Positions 18,937 through 28,590 of a stretch of DNA of 64,000 bases are shown piece by piece. A program made the position numbers and the translations under genes. Each line of letters opens with the position of its first letter. Position 1 is the stretch's first letter. The notes beneath the pieces are model-generated. The model was not told the DNA's origin, made no database searches, and saw only the letters and a list, made by a program, of their open reading frames with translations. Source of the stretch: Acidimicrobiales bacterium (lineage in GTDB: Bacteria > Actinomycetota > Acidimicrobiia > Acidimicrobiales > SHLQ01); contig OZ244202.1 of NCBI GenBank assembly GCA_965216815.1, positions 145,694 through 209,693 on the forward strand. Reading direction: 5' to 3'.

Positions 18937-19998
18937 GTGCAGTTCATGTGGGCAATGATCGTCAAGGAGATCCGTCAGCTGGGACGCGATCGCCGAACGG
19001 TCGGAATGCTCGTCGGGCTCCCGCTCATCTTGTTGATCGTGTTCGGCTACGCGGCGAATTTCGGTGTCGATGAGATCAACGCCGACATCTACGGCCCCGG
19101 CGCATCCCAGGCGGTTGAAGCGTTACCGGATCGGGTGTCGATCAAGCGGATCGATCCGGATGCGACTCGAGAGGACGCCGAGTCGCGTCTGCGATCGGGT
19201 CGGATCGACATGGTCGTCTTGGCCGACCCCGCCAACCCCTCTGCGCTGATCGACGGGTCGTCGCTGTTCGCTGCGCAGGCGGCATCCGCGGCTCTCTCGA
19301 GCTCCGATTCCCCGCTCCGCCCCGAGGTTCTATTCAACCCCGACCTCGAGACGTCATGGATCATGGTGCCGTCGCTCGCCGGTTTGATCATCGCCTTCAT
19401 CGGCACGATCGTGACGAGCCTCGGCTTGGTTCGTGAACGCCAGGCGGGGACTCTCGAACAGCTCGCTGTGATGCCGTTGCGCCCGAGCGATGTGATCGTC
19501 GGCAAGATCGCACCGTACTTCGCAATCGCCTTCGTCGACATGATCATCATCACCGTGCTCGGCGTCGTGTTGTTCGGCGTGCCTTTCGAGGGCTCAGTCG
19601 CCTTGTTCGGGCTCGGCGCGGCGGTATTCCTCCTCGTCGTGCTCGGTATCGGTGTTCTCATTTCGACCGTGTCCCAGAACCAAGGCCAGGCGATCCAGAC
19701 GGCGATCTTCTTCCTGCTTCCCCAGATCCTGTTGTCGGGCATGATCTTCCCGCTCACCTCGATGCCGTGGGGCGTGCGCTGGATCGGCTACCTGCTGCCG
19801 CTCACATATTTCATCGACATCTCACAGGGCATCATGCTCCGCGCCGCTCCGTTCAGCTCGCTGTGGGTCTCCTACCTCGTGCTCGCAGTGATGGCGGTGT
19901 TCACCCTCGGCGTCGCCGTGTTGCGATTCCGTCGCGACCTGGCCCCAAACGTCGCCCTTCGCGACCCCGGTGTCAGACCACGGGGTCGCGAAGAATGA
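18937..19998 (+). CDS. ABC-2 type exporter permease
   Basis: KEIRQLGRDRRT, VRERQAGTLEQL, PQILLSG, LPLTYF. Confidence 0.9.
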   Translation: MQFMWAMIVKEIRQLGRDRRTVGMLVGLPLILLIVFGYAANFGVDEINADIYGPGASQAVEALPDRVSIKRIDPDATREDAESRLRSGRIDMVVLADPANPSALIDGSSLFAAQAASAALSSSDSPLRPEVLFNPDLETSWIMVPSLAGLIIAFIGTIVTSLGLVRERQAGTLEQLAVMPLRPSDVIVGKIAPYFAIAFVDMIIITVLGVVLFGVPFEGSVALFGLGAAVFLLVVLGIGVLISTVSQNQGQAIQTAIFFLLPQILLSGMIFPLTSMPWGVRWIGYLLPLTYFIDISQGIMLRAAPFSSLWVSYLVLAVMAVFTLGVAVLRFRRDLAPNVALRDPGVRPRGREE

Positions 19999-20816
19999 CG
20001 TTTGGAGTAAGAGATCTGGTCGTGTGTCTCGGATCGAAGACCGTGCTCGACCAGGTGTCGGTCGATTTTCCGGCCGGCGAGGTCACAGCGCTCGTCGGCG
20101 GTGACGGGGCCGGGAAGACGACGCTGCTGCGGTGCGCATCCGGGCAGGTCCACGCCGTCGACGGGAGTGTCTCACGGCCCGACAAGACCCGCCTCGGTTC
20201 GATGCCGGCGACGTCGGGGACCTGGCCCGACCTAACGGTCGACGAGAACATCGATTTCGTGAGACGTGCCCATGGGATGGCGACAGCATCGGTGTCAGCT
20301 CGCCGCGACGAACTGCTCGAACGGGCAGGACTCGACAAGGCCCGTAAACGCCTCGCCGGCGACCTCTCGGGAGGCATGCGCCAAAAGCTCGGGTTCGTAC
20401 TGGCCGTCCTGCACGAACCCGATCTCCTGATTCTCGACGAACCGTCGACGGGCGTCGACCCGGTCAGCAGGGTCGACCTGTGGCGCCTGATCGCCCTCGC
20501 CGCCGCCGGCGGAACTGCGGTTGCCATGGCGACCTCATACCTCGACGAAGCCGAACGCGCTTCGTCGCTGCTGGTGCTCGACCGAGGTCGCGCCCTCGCG
20601 CAGGGAACCGCCGATGAGGTCATCGACACCGTTCCCGGCTCGGTTCTGCGGGTCGACGATCCGACGAGCCCCGAGCGTTCATGGCGGCGGGGTCACGCGA
20701 TCCACGAGTGGATACCCGCCGGTCAGGCTCCCCTCGACGGCATCCCGACAGAACCCGACCTCGAGGACGTTCTGATCGCACGCATGATCAGCGAGCGGAT
20801 CGAGGTTCCCGGATGA
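19995..20816 (+). CDS. ABC transporter ATP-binding protein
   Basis: GGDGAGKTT, LSGGMRQK, LILDEP; ATGA overlap with the permease. Confidence 0.9.
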   Translation: MTFGVRDLVVCLGSKTVLDQVSVDFPAGEVTALVGGDGAGKTTLLRCASGQVHAVDGSVSRPDKTRLGSMPATSGTWPDLTVDENIDFVRRAHGMATASVSARRDELLERAGLDKARKRLAGDLSGGMRQKLGFVLAVLHEPDLLILDEPSTGVDPVSRVDLWRLIALAAAGGTAVAMATSYLDEAERASSLLVLDRGRALAQGTADEVIDTVPGSVLRVDDPTSPERSWRRGHAIHEWIPAGQAPLDGIPTEPDLEDVLIARMISERIEVPG

Positions 20817-21685
20817 TCCTCGCATCCGCCGAGGACGTCACTCGCCGATTTGGTGACTTCACTGCGGTCGATGGTGCTTCGCTCGATGTCGGGAGCAGTG
20901 AAGTCGTCGGGCTGTTGGGAGCCAACGGCGCAGGCAAGACGACTCTGATCCGCATGCTTCTCGGACTGTTGCCGGCCACCGAGGGGCAGGTGACGCTGCT
21001 CGGTGGTCCACCCTCGCGCCAGACGCGCCGACGGCTCGGCTATGTGCCCCAGGGGCTCGGGCTCTACGTCGACCTCACCGTCGAGGAGAACCTCGAGTTC
21101 GTCCGCCGAGCGTTCGGAACCGCCGACGACCATGCCGGTCTGCCCGAAGACCTCGAGGGAATACGTCACGATCTGGTCGGCGACATCGGGCTCGGCAGGC
21201 AGCGACGCCTGGCATTCGCCGCTGCGCTAGGCCACGCACCGGAGCTGATCGTGCTCGACGAACCAACATCCGGTGTCGACCCACTCGCACGGGCGCGCCT
21301 TTGGGATCAAATCCGAGCTTCGGCCGAGGGCGGAGCAGGAGTGCTGGTGACAACGCACTACATGCAGGAGGCACAGCAATGCGACCGGGTCGTGGTGATG
21401 ACATCGGGTCGGGTCGCGGCTTCCGGATCGGTTTCCGATGTCATCGGCGACCTCACCGTGGTGGAGGTGACCAGCGACGCGTGGGCCACGGCGTTCTCGG
21501 CCCTCGACACGTCGGGTGCAGCGGTCAACCTCGCCGGCCGGCGCGTGCGGGTGACCGGGTCGACCGTGGCCTCGGTCCACGACACGCTCGCCGAGGTTGG
21601 GCTCACGGCCACGATCGAGGCGGTCCCGGGCACGCTCGACGAGGCCATGGTGGTCTTAGCCGCCGCGCGTGAGCCCGTTGAGTAG
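20813..21685 (+). CDS. ABC transporter ATP-binding protein
   Basis: GANGAGKTT, IVLDEPTSGVDP, TTHYM; ATGA overlap. Confidence 0.9.
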   Translation: MILASAEDVTRRFGDFTAVDGASLDVGSSEVVGLLGANGAGKTTLIRMLLGLLPATEGQVTLLGGPPSRQTRRRLGYVPQGLGLYVDLTVEENLEFVRRAFGTADDHAGLPEDLEGIRHDLVGDIGLGRQRRLAFAAALGHAPELIVLDEPTSGVDPLARARLWDQIRASAEGGAGVLVTTHYMQEAQQCDRVVVMTSGRVAASGSVSDVIGDLTVVEVTSDAWATAFSALDTSGAAVNLAGRRVRVTGSTVASVHDTLAEVGLTATIEAVPGTLDEAMVVLAAAREPVE

Positions 21686-21720
21686 GACAGGGGGTCTGTC
21701 CCCCTGTCCTACTCAACGGG
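21674..21720. terminator. Perfect 21-bp inverted repeat, probable bidirectional terminator
   Basis: CCCGTTGAGTAGGACAGGGGG-TCTGT-CCCCCTGTCCTACTCAACGGG between convergent genes. Confidence 0.75.
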
Positions 21721-22780
21721 GGTTGAGCTCGATCTCGGTGGCCTTGATCGATGTCCAGATCGGCGTGCCGGGCGCGAGATCGAGCGCCGCCGCAGCGGCC
21801 GGCGTGACGTCGACGCTGAGTGGGAGCGGCTGGTCGAGGGTCACCCGGGTGATGTCTCCCAGCGGCTCCAGCTCGGCAACCGCGCTTCGCCAGCTGTTGC
21901 GAGGGCTCCCGTGGGGTTGTTCGGCGTGGAGTGCGATCGCGTTGGGGTGAATCGTGATGAGCACCGAACCCTCGGTTCGGGTGTCGGCGCTGCGCAGCTC
22001 GATGCCGTGATCGTCGAGCTCCAGGCTGCCTCCGACGTTTCGACCCGACAGCAGGTTCAGACCGGCAAACGCGGCCACGTACGGGGTGGCCGGTCGGCGA
22101 CGGATGTCGTCACGAGTGCCGGTCTGGGTGATCGAGCCGCCTTCGATGATCAGAATCCGATCGGAGAGCAGGAATGCGTCTGCGGGCTCGTGCGTGATCA
22201 GCAGCCGTGGACCGTCGAAACCGTCGAGGTGGGCACGGAGCGCGGTTCGCAGCCGACCCTTCGTTTCGACATCGAGAGCGGCGAGCGGCTCGTCGAGCAA
22301 CAGCAGTGTCGGTTCGGCCGCAAGGGTGCGGGCGAGCGCAACACGCTGGGCTTGACCACCTGAGATCTCCGAGGGGCGGCTGTGCACGATGTCGTCGAGA
22401 TCGAACCGCTCGATCCAGATGCGCGCGCTCGCCCGGGCGTCGGCCCGGTTCGCTCCTGTGACCGAGGGTCCGAAGGCGACGTTGTCGAGTACATCGAGGT
22501 GCTCGAACAGCAGGTATCGCTGGAATACGACCCCGACGCCACGCTCCTCGGTCGGAACGAATAGGCCGGCCTCGGGGTCATCGAGAACTAGGCCGTTCAA
22601 CTCGATGCGACCACGATCGATCGCAGCGATGCCCGCAAGCGCGTCGACCACCGTCGACTTGCCCGCCCCGTTGGGACCGACCAGCGCTGCGGTCTCGCCC
22701 GGCTCGATCGACATCTCGACATCGAGCATGAAGTTCTCACTTCGGCGAACGACCAGGTTGCATTCGAGTCCGGTACTCAC
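21713..22780 (-). CDS. modC: Molybdate ABC transporter ATP-binding protein with TOBE domain
   Basis: GPNGAGKST, ISGGQAQR, GSPRN..IKATE TOBE; GTGA overlap with modB. Confidence 0.85.
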   Translation of the reverse strand: MSTGLECNLVVRRSENFMLDVEMSIEPGETAALVGPNGAGKSTVVDALAGIAAIDRGRIELNGLVLDDPEAGLFVPTEERGVGVVFQRYLLFEHLDVLDNVAFGPSVTGANRADARASARIWIERFDLDDIVHSRPSEISGGQAQRVALARTLAAEPTLLLLDEPLAALDVETKGRLRTALRAHLDGFDGPRLLITHEPADAFLLSDRILIIEGGSITQTGTRDDIRRRPATPYVAAFAGLNLLSGRNVGGSLELDDHGIELRSADTRTEGSVLITIHPNAIALHAEQPHGSPRNSWRSAVAELEPLGDITRVTLDQPLPLSVDVTPAAAAALDLAPGTPIWTSIKATEIELNPR

Positions 22781-23586
22781 GTCGCCGTCCACCATCGATC
22801 GCGAAAGATCGTCAGGACGACGAGCGACACAACGACGAGGACCAGGCTGATCGCAACCGCGGTGTCTCGATCGGAGTCGAGCGCGACGAACACCGCCAGC
22901 GGCAACGTCTGGGTGCGCCCCTGGAGGTTCCCGGCGAAGGTCACGGTAGCTCCGAACTCGCCGAGCGCTCGCGCCCACGCAAGCACGACCCCTGCCTGAA
23001 GCGCGGGGCCGATCATCGGTAGCGTCACGCGACGAAAGACCGTGAGCCTCGATGCCCCAAGGCTCGCTGCCGCGTGCTCATAGCGACGGTCGGCACCCGA
23101 CAGAGCGCCCTCGACCGTGATCACCAGGAACGGCATGGCGACGAACGTATTCGCCGCTATCACCCCCCAGAACGAGAATGGCAACAGAAAGCCGGTCGCC
23201 TCCTCGAGCGGCTCGCCGACCAGTCCCCGTCCACCGAACGCGAACAGCAGCGCCGCTCCCCCGACGACCGGTGGAAGCACCATCGGCAGCGTCACCATCG
23301 CGCGGACGAAACGCCGTCCGGGGAAATCGACCCGCGCGAGAATCCAAGCCAGCGGTACGCCCAACACCAGCGACAGGAAGGCCGACACCACCGAGGTCAC
23401 GACCGACAGCCAGAGCGCGTCGGTGACGACATCGGAGCCGATGAGATCGCCGAGGTCGCTCCACGGCGTGCGCGCGAGCAGGCCGATCAGGGGAAGGACG
23501 AACAGAGCTGCGCCCACCAAACCGAGGATGACGAGCGGCCAGGGTGGCCTCCGACCCACGATGCGACGCCGCGACCCGTCGGTCAC
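22777..23586 (-). CDS. modB: Molybdate ABC transporter permease
   Basis: LPMVLPPVVGG, WARALGEFGAT, TQTLPLA. Confidence 0.92.
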   Translation of the reverse strand: MTDGSRRRIVGRRPPWPLVILGLVGAALFVLPLIGLLARTPWSDLGDLIGSDVVTDALWLSVVTSVVSAFLSLVLGVPLAWILARVDFPGRRFVRAMVTLPMVLPPVVGGAALLFAFGGRGLVGEPLEEATGFLLPFSFWGVIAANTFVAMPFLVITVEGALSGADRRYEHAAASLGASRLTVFRRVTLPMIGPALQAGVVLAWARALGEFGATVTFAGNLQGRTQTLPLAVFVALDSDRDTAVAISLVLVVVSLVVLTIFRDRWWTAT

Positions 23587-24350
23587 GACGCACCGAAACC
23601 GTGCTCGACGAGGATCTCCCGACCTTGCGGCGACAAGACGAATTCGATGAACACGTCGGCCGCCGTCGGGTTCGGGGCCTCGACGAGAGCAGCGATCGGG
23701 TATTGCGCCGACGGGGCCTCGGCGATCGGTATTCCGTCGATGTCGGGGCTGGCCAGCACCTCGGTGGAATAGACGATCCCAGCGTCGAGCTCCTCAGCCG
23801 CGAGACGCGTTGCGAGCGCGCGGACACTCGATTCCTCGGTGTCGACCGAAGCCTCCACGCCCGCACGAGCGAGCGCGTCGCGTGCTAGATCGCCACACGG
23901 GACACCGACCGCGCAGAGGCCGACGAGAAGGTCGGCGCGGGCGAGGTCGGCGAGACCGCCGACCTCGCCCGGGTTTCCATCGGGCACGCCTATCACGACT
24001 CGGTTGGTGGCGAACACGACCGGATCGTCGACCACCGCTCCTTCGTCGACAAGCCGTGCCATGTTCGAGGCGTCGGCCGATGCGTACACATCGACCGGTG
24101 CTCCCTCGAGTACCTGCTCGCGCAACGACGAGCTCCCCGCAAAGTTCAGTTCGACCTCGACGTAGGCGTGCTCCGATTCAAAGGCATCGGCGATCTCACC
24201 GAATGCGTCGGTCAGTGAGGCTGCCGCCGACACGCGGACGGTCTCACCGTCACGGCCCCCGCACGCGCCGAGCGCGACCAGCCCAGCGACCAACAAGACC
24301 GATCCGCAAAGACGGTGTCGGACACCGACGGTGTCAGCACTGAGCACCAC
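23583..24350 (-). CDS. modA: Molybdate ABC transporter substrate-binding lipoprotein
   Basis: Lipobox LGAC, AAASLTDAF, FAGSSSL, VPCG, AGIVYSTE. Confidence 0.92.
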   Translation of the reverse strand: MVLSADTVGVRHRLCGSVLLVAGLVALGACGGRDGETVRVSAAASLTDAFGEIADAFESEHAYVEVELNFAGSSSLREQVLEGAPVDVYASADASNMARLVDEGAVVDDPVVFATNRVVIGVPDGNPGEVGGLADLARADLLVGLCAVGVPCGDLARDALARAGVEASVDTEESSVRALATRLAAEELDAGIVYSTEVLASPDIDGIPIAEAPSAQYPIAALVEAPNPTAADVFIEFVLSPQGREILVEHGFGAS

Positions 24351-24351
24351 T

Positions 24352-25422
24352 TCACACCGGCGTGTTCGCGGCGGAGTCGAACTCTCGCAGTCCGAGCTCG
24401 TCGACGAGGGGTGCGCTGATCTCCTTCGAGAACTCGTCGAGAGGCAGCCCGGTCCCGTCGGCGATCCGGTTCATGCGCTCGAAGTTGCCGATGACTCCAG
24501 CGACCTCGATCACGCCTCGATCACCGATCGCGTCACGCAATGCGTCACGCGCCCGATCGAGGTCGTCGAGCGCGACCATCGAGGCGTCGACGAAATCGAG
24601 AATCGCCCCACCGGCGGGCACGCCCGACTCGGCTTGGCGGTCGACGATGCTCCTCTCGTCGACGTCCTGCTCCTCCCGATCGCTGCTCGCACGGAGCAGC
24701 AGGGCGTGCGACGCCGTTCAATAGAAGCACTCGTTCAATGCCGACACCCGTGCAGCGATCAGCTCCATCTGCGACCGGCTGATCGCCCTGTCGCCGTTCT
24801 TGGTGACGTCCATGACGCCATCCGGGTCGAGGTACTGGACGGAGTTGAGGTCATCGGTCTCCCGGGTCGTCTGCGGCACGAGAGTGAGAGCGCGCAGCAC
24901 CCTGCCCTTCGGCGCGTGGTCCCCCGCTGCCGCAACAGGAACCCAAGCCCCGATGTCGTCGAGGTTGGCCGGGCGCTCGCCCGAAGGCTCACCGGGTCGC
25001 GGTTCAGGTAGAGCATCGACCGGCAGGCCGGCGGCGGTGTTGACCCGATCGATCGCGACGACACAGCAGACGATCCCGAGCAGCTCGACGTAATGGCCCT
25101 CGGTGAAGTCGGCGCCGAGAGTCGCTCTCAGCCACGACTCGGTGAGCCGACCTGGGTCGGTCGCGATGCGATGTACCGCATCGACGGCACCTTCGCTCAG
25201 CAGACCGTCGGCAACCGTCAGGTGGGCACCGCCGACCGCTGCGGGCGAGACCGCGTCCTTGCGAGCCGCGCACAGGTCGCATCGGCCGGCCGCACGGGTC
25301 TCGGCCGCGATCGCGACGCGCCCGGTGCCCGTCCACCACGTTCCGGGCCGGCCGAGCGCGACCCAGAATCGCGCATGCGCTGCGTCGAGCTCATCGCCGA
25401 GTGTGGTCGGTGCATCCGTCAT
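24352..25422 (-). CDS. AhpD/CMD-like alkylhydroperoxidase-related selenoprotein (in-frame UGA at 24718-24720; 356 aa, Sec235)
   Basis: ORFs 24718-25422 and 24352-24621 share a frame, separated only by TGA: ..RVSALNECFY-U-TASHALLLRAS..; SECIS-like hairpin follows. Confidence 0.8.
24682..24717 (-). promoter_or_regulatory. Candidate bacterial SECIS element
   Basis: 17 nt after the UGA: stem GCUGCUC / GAGCAGC with loop CGUGC (G at loop position 2, followed by U). Confidence 0.65.
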
Positions 25423-25426
25423 CGCA

Positions 25427-26188
25427 TCAGTAGATCACAGAGCTGACGGTGCTGAGGCCGATCGGGCCGTCGAGATCGTGCACTGCACAACTGGCGGCGG
25501 ACACTCCCGCAGCGTTGCGGTGGAAGATCGTCTCGAACCCGATCCAGTCGCTCACGGGTAGCCGGGCGAGGTTCAGCGTGATGTCGGCGTTGATGAAATC
25601 GAGCCCGCCGTCTCCCCAGTTGGCGACCGGGCTGGCGAGATCGGCGGCTGTCGCAACCCGCACGAACGGGGTGACCGTCTCACCGGCGAGGAGTTGTGCA
25701 TTGTCGCGGGTCCAGCCGCGGCTGCGGGCGCTCCCGAAAAAGCCTTCGGGCCCCTCGCGGAACTCCCACACGTCGTTGTCCTCCATGCCGTCGGGGACCA
25801 CGAGCGTTTCGGGATGTGGCAGATCCCATGGCTTGGTCGACCAGACCTCGCGCAATTGCCGGTCGTCTGTGCGGGCGATGAGCGCGCGGGCGCGGGCCAG
25901 CTCCCGCCCACCCGAGCCGAGCGACAGGTCGACCACACGCACACGGCCACCGTCGCGAATTCGCTCGGCGTCGACCGTGATCGGCGCCATCGGCGGAGAC
26001 CGAAACATGTCGATCGTCAGCCGAGCCGGTAGCCAACCGTCGTCGAGATGGCCCGCCTCGACCCCGCGTGCGGCGAGACCGGCGAGCAGCCGGCCGTGCA
26101 GCATGTCCTCGGACCATGGCGCATGCGCGTGAGACCTCGGTACCGCTGCCCCGTCTTCGAGGTCGAACCACGCGGAGGTCTCGGTCAC
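25427..26188 (-). CDS. Acyl-CoA thioesterase-like double hot-dog protein
   Basis: PWSEDMLHG, ADLASP, FINADITLNLARLP. Confidence 0.85.
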   Translation of the reverse strand: MTETSAWFDLEDGAAVPRSHAHAPWSEDMLHGRLLAGLAARGVEAGHLDDGWLPARLTIDMFRSPPMAPITVDAERIRDGGRVRVVDLSLGSGGRELARARALIARTDDRQLREVWSTKPWDLPHPETLVVPDGMEDNDVWEFREGPEGFFGSARSRGWTRDNAQLLAGETVTPFVRVATAADLASPVANWGDGGLDFINADITLNLARLPVSDWIGFETIFHRNAAGVSAASCAVHDLDGPIGLSTVSSVIY

Positions 26189-26215
26189 GTCGGGCGCCGA
26201 CTATACATACTCGAC

Positions 26216-27421
26216 ATGGCAGACGTCGACGACACGACCCTCGATCCCGCCGAAGCCGAGGCCTTTCGCGAAAAGGCCCGCTCCTTCCTAGAGACTCACT
26301 GCATCTCCAGCCCCACGTTCGAACAAAGCCAGGCCTACTTCAAGGCGCTGGCCGACGAGGGGCTCGGCGGGATCGTCTACCCCAAAGATTTCGGCGGAGC
26401 CGGGCTGACGAAGGACCACGACAAGATCTTCCGCGAGGTCGCAGCTGCCTTTCCGGCCATGAACTCGGACTTCATCATCAGCCACGGCATGTGCCTTCCG
26501 GTGCTAAACGACTTCGGGACCGAGGAACAGAAGCGGGCGTACATGCCCGACTGCATCGCCGGCCAGACGCTGTGGTGCCAGATGTTCTCCGAACCTGGAG
26601 CGGGGTCCGATGTCGCCAGCCTTCAGACCAAGGCCGAGCGCGACGGCGATGAGTGGATCATCAACGGGCAGAAGGTGTGGACCACGCTCGCACACAAGAG
26701 CGACTACGGCGTCATCATCGCCCGCACCGACCCCGACGTCGTGAAGCACGCGGGGATCTCGATGTTCATCCTGCCGATGGATGCGCCCGGAGTCGAGGTA
26801 CGCCCCATTCACCAGATCGACGGCGGGTCACATTTCAACGAGGTCTTCTTCACCGACGTTCGCATCCCGGTCGACAACCTTCTCGGCGAGCTGAACAACG
26901 GCTGGAACCAATCGACCGCGATGCTCATGTACGAGCGCGTCGCCATCGGGACCATCGGCGGCGGGTCGATCAAGCAACCGACGTTCGAAATGCTCAAGAA
27001 GGCCGCCGCAGCGGGAGACCGCCTCGACGATCCGACCGTCCGCCAGGACCTGATGCGCATCTACTCGATGGAAACGACCAAGTCCCTGGTGTCGCTGCGC
27101 ACTCGCGCCGAGATGCAGGCCGGTCGCGCACCTGGCCCCGGCGGCTCGATCGGAAAGCTCTTCGGCTCGGTCATCGCTTGGCGCACCCGCGAGCTCGCGG
27201 CGAACCTGCTCGGCCCTGGTTCGGTCGCGTGGGACACCGACGATGCGGGCGGAGACAAGTTGTCGAGCTACACGCTCAACTCGTTCCAGTCGTCGATCGC
27301 CGGCGGGACCGACGAGATCCAACGCAACATCATCGGCGACCGCGTGCTCGGACTGCCCCGCGACATCAGCGTCGACAAGGGCGTTCCGTTCCGGGAGCTG
27401 AAGGTCGGAACCCAGCAGTAG
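26216..27421 (+). CDS. Acyl-CoA dehydrogenase
   Basis: WCQMFSEPGAGSD, NGQKVWT, FNEVFF, IAGGTDEIQRNIIGDRVLGLP. Confidence 0.93.
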   Translation: MADVDDTTLDPAEAEAFREKARSFLETHCISSPTFEQSQAYFKALADEGLGGIVYPKDFGGAGLTKDHDKIFREVAAAFPAMNSDFIISHGMCLPVLNDFGTEEQKRAYMPDCIAGQTLWCQMFSEPGAGSDVASLQTKAERDGDEWIINGQKVWTTLAHKSDYGVIIARTDPDVVKHAGISMFILPMDAPGVEVRPIHQIDGGSHFNEVFFTDVRIPVDNLLGELNNGWNQSTAMLMYERVAIGTIGGGSIKQPTFEMLKKAAAAGDRLDDPTVRQDLMRIYSMETTKSLVSLRTRAEMQAGRAPGPGGSIGKLFGSVIAWRTRELAANLLGPGSVAWDTDDAGGDKLSSYTLNSFQSSIAGGTDEIQRNIIGDRVLGLPRDISVDKGVPFRELKVGTQQ

Positions 27422-27431
27422 GGCCCAGAGG

Positions 27432-28574
27432 ATGCGCCGCACGATCTTCGACGACGAGCACGATCTGTTCAGGGCGGCGGTTCGGGGTTTCATCGAGGCA
27501 GAGATCGTGCCGAACGCGAAGGCGTGGGCCGACGCCGGCATCGTCGATCGGGATCTCTTCTCGCAGGCCGGCGACGCAGGGCTGTTGGCCATGGCCGCGC
27601 CGGAGGAGCACGGTGGCGGCGGAGTCGACGACTTCCGATTCAACTTGGTCATAGCCGAGGAGATCCACTACGCGGGAATGGCCGCCGCCGGCCTGGGCTG
27701 GACCCTCCACAACGACATCTGCCTGCCGTATTTCCTCGATCTGTGCACGTCCGAGCAACAGGAGCGGTGGTTACCGGGCATCGTGAGCGGCGAACTGATC
27801 ACGGCGATCGCCATGACCGAGCCGGCGATCGGTTCCGACCTCGCATCGATGTCGACCACCGCGCTGCTCGACGGCGACCACTACATCGTCAACGGCTCGA
27901 AGACGTTCATAACCAACGGCATCAACGCAGATCTGGTGATCACCGCGGTGAAGACCGATCCGGGCGAGAAGCACAGCGGCATGTCGCTGCTGGTTCTCGA
28001 GCGCGGCATCGACGGCTTCGAACGAGGTCGCAACCTCGACAAGATCGGGTTGCACGCGCAGGACACGGCCGAACTGTTCTTCACCGATGTGCGAGTGCCA
28101 GCGGCGAACCGCCTCGGAGATGAAGGCAAGGGGTTCGCCTATCTCGTTCAGAACCTTCCCCAGGAGCGATTGTCACTCGCAATGAGCGCGGTTGCCGCGG
28201 CCCGCCAGGCACTGCGCTGGACCGTCGACTACGCGAAGGAACGCGAAGCGTTCGGGCAGCCTCTGATGGGGTTTCAGAACACGCGGTTCCTGCTCGCTGA
28301 GCTGGCAACCGAAGTCGAGATCGGCGAGGTGTTCATCGACCGTTGCGTCGAGGCCCGCCTGGCGGGCGAGCTCACCACCGAAGAGGCGTCGATGGCGAAA
28401 TGGTGGGGCACCGAGCTTCAGAACAAGGTGATCGATCGCGGGGTTCAGGTGCACGGCGGCTACGGCTACATGACCGAGTACCCGATCGCCCAGGCCTACG
28501 CCGACGCGCGGGTCACGACGATCTTCGGCGGAACCACCGAGATCATGAAAGAGATCATCGCCCGGTCGCTGTGA
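27432..28574 (+). CDS. Acyl-CoA dehydrogenase (long-chain type)
   Basis: AIAMTEP..GSDL, NGSKTFITNG, QVHGGYGYM, IFGGTTEIMKE. Confidence 0.93.
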   Translation: MRRTIFDDEHDLFRAAVRGFIEAEIVPNAKAWADAGIVDRDLFSQAGDAGLLAMAAPEEHGGGGVDDFRFNLVIAEEIHYAGMAAAGLGWTLHNDICLPYFLDLCTSEQQERWLPGIVSGELITAIAMTEPAIGSDLASMSTTALLDGDHYIVNGSKTFITNGINADLVITAVKTDPGEKHSGMSLLVLERGIDGFERGRNLDKIGLHAQDTAELFFTDVRVPAANRLGDEGKGFAYLVQNLPQERLSLAMSAVAAARQALRWTVDYAKEREAFGQPLMGFQNTRFLLAELATEVEIGEVFIDRCVEARLAGELTTEEASMAKWWGTELQNKVIDRGVQVHGGYGYMTEYPIAQAYADARVTTIFGGTTEIMKEIIARSL

Positions 28575-28590
28575 TTCACGCGAGCCCATC

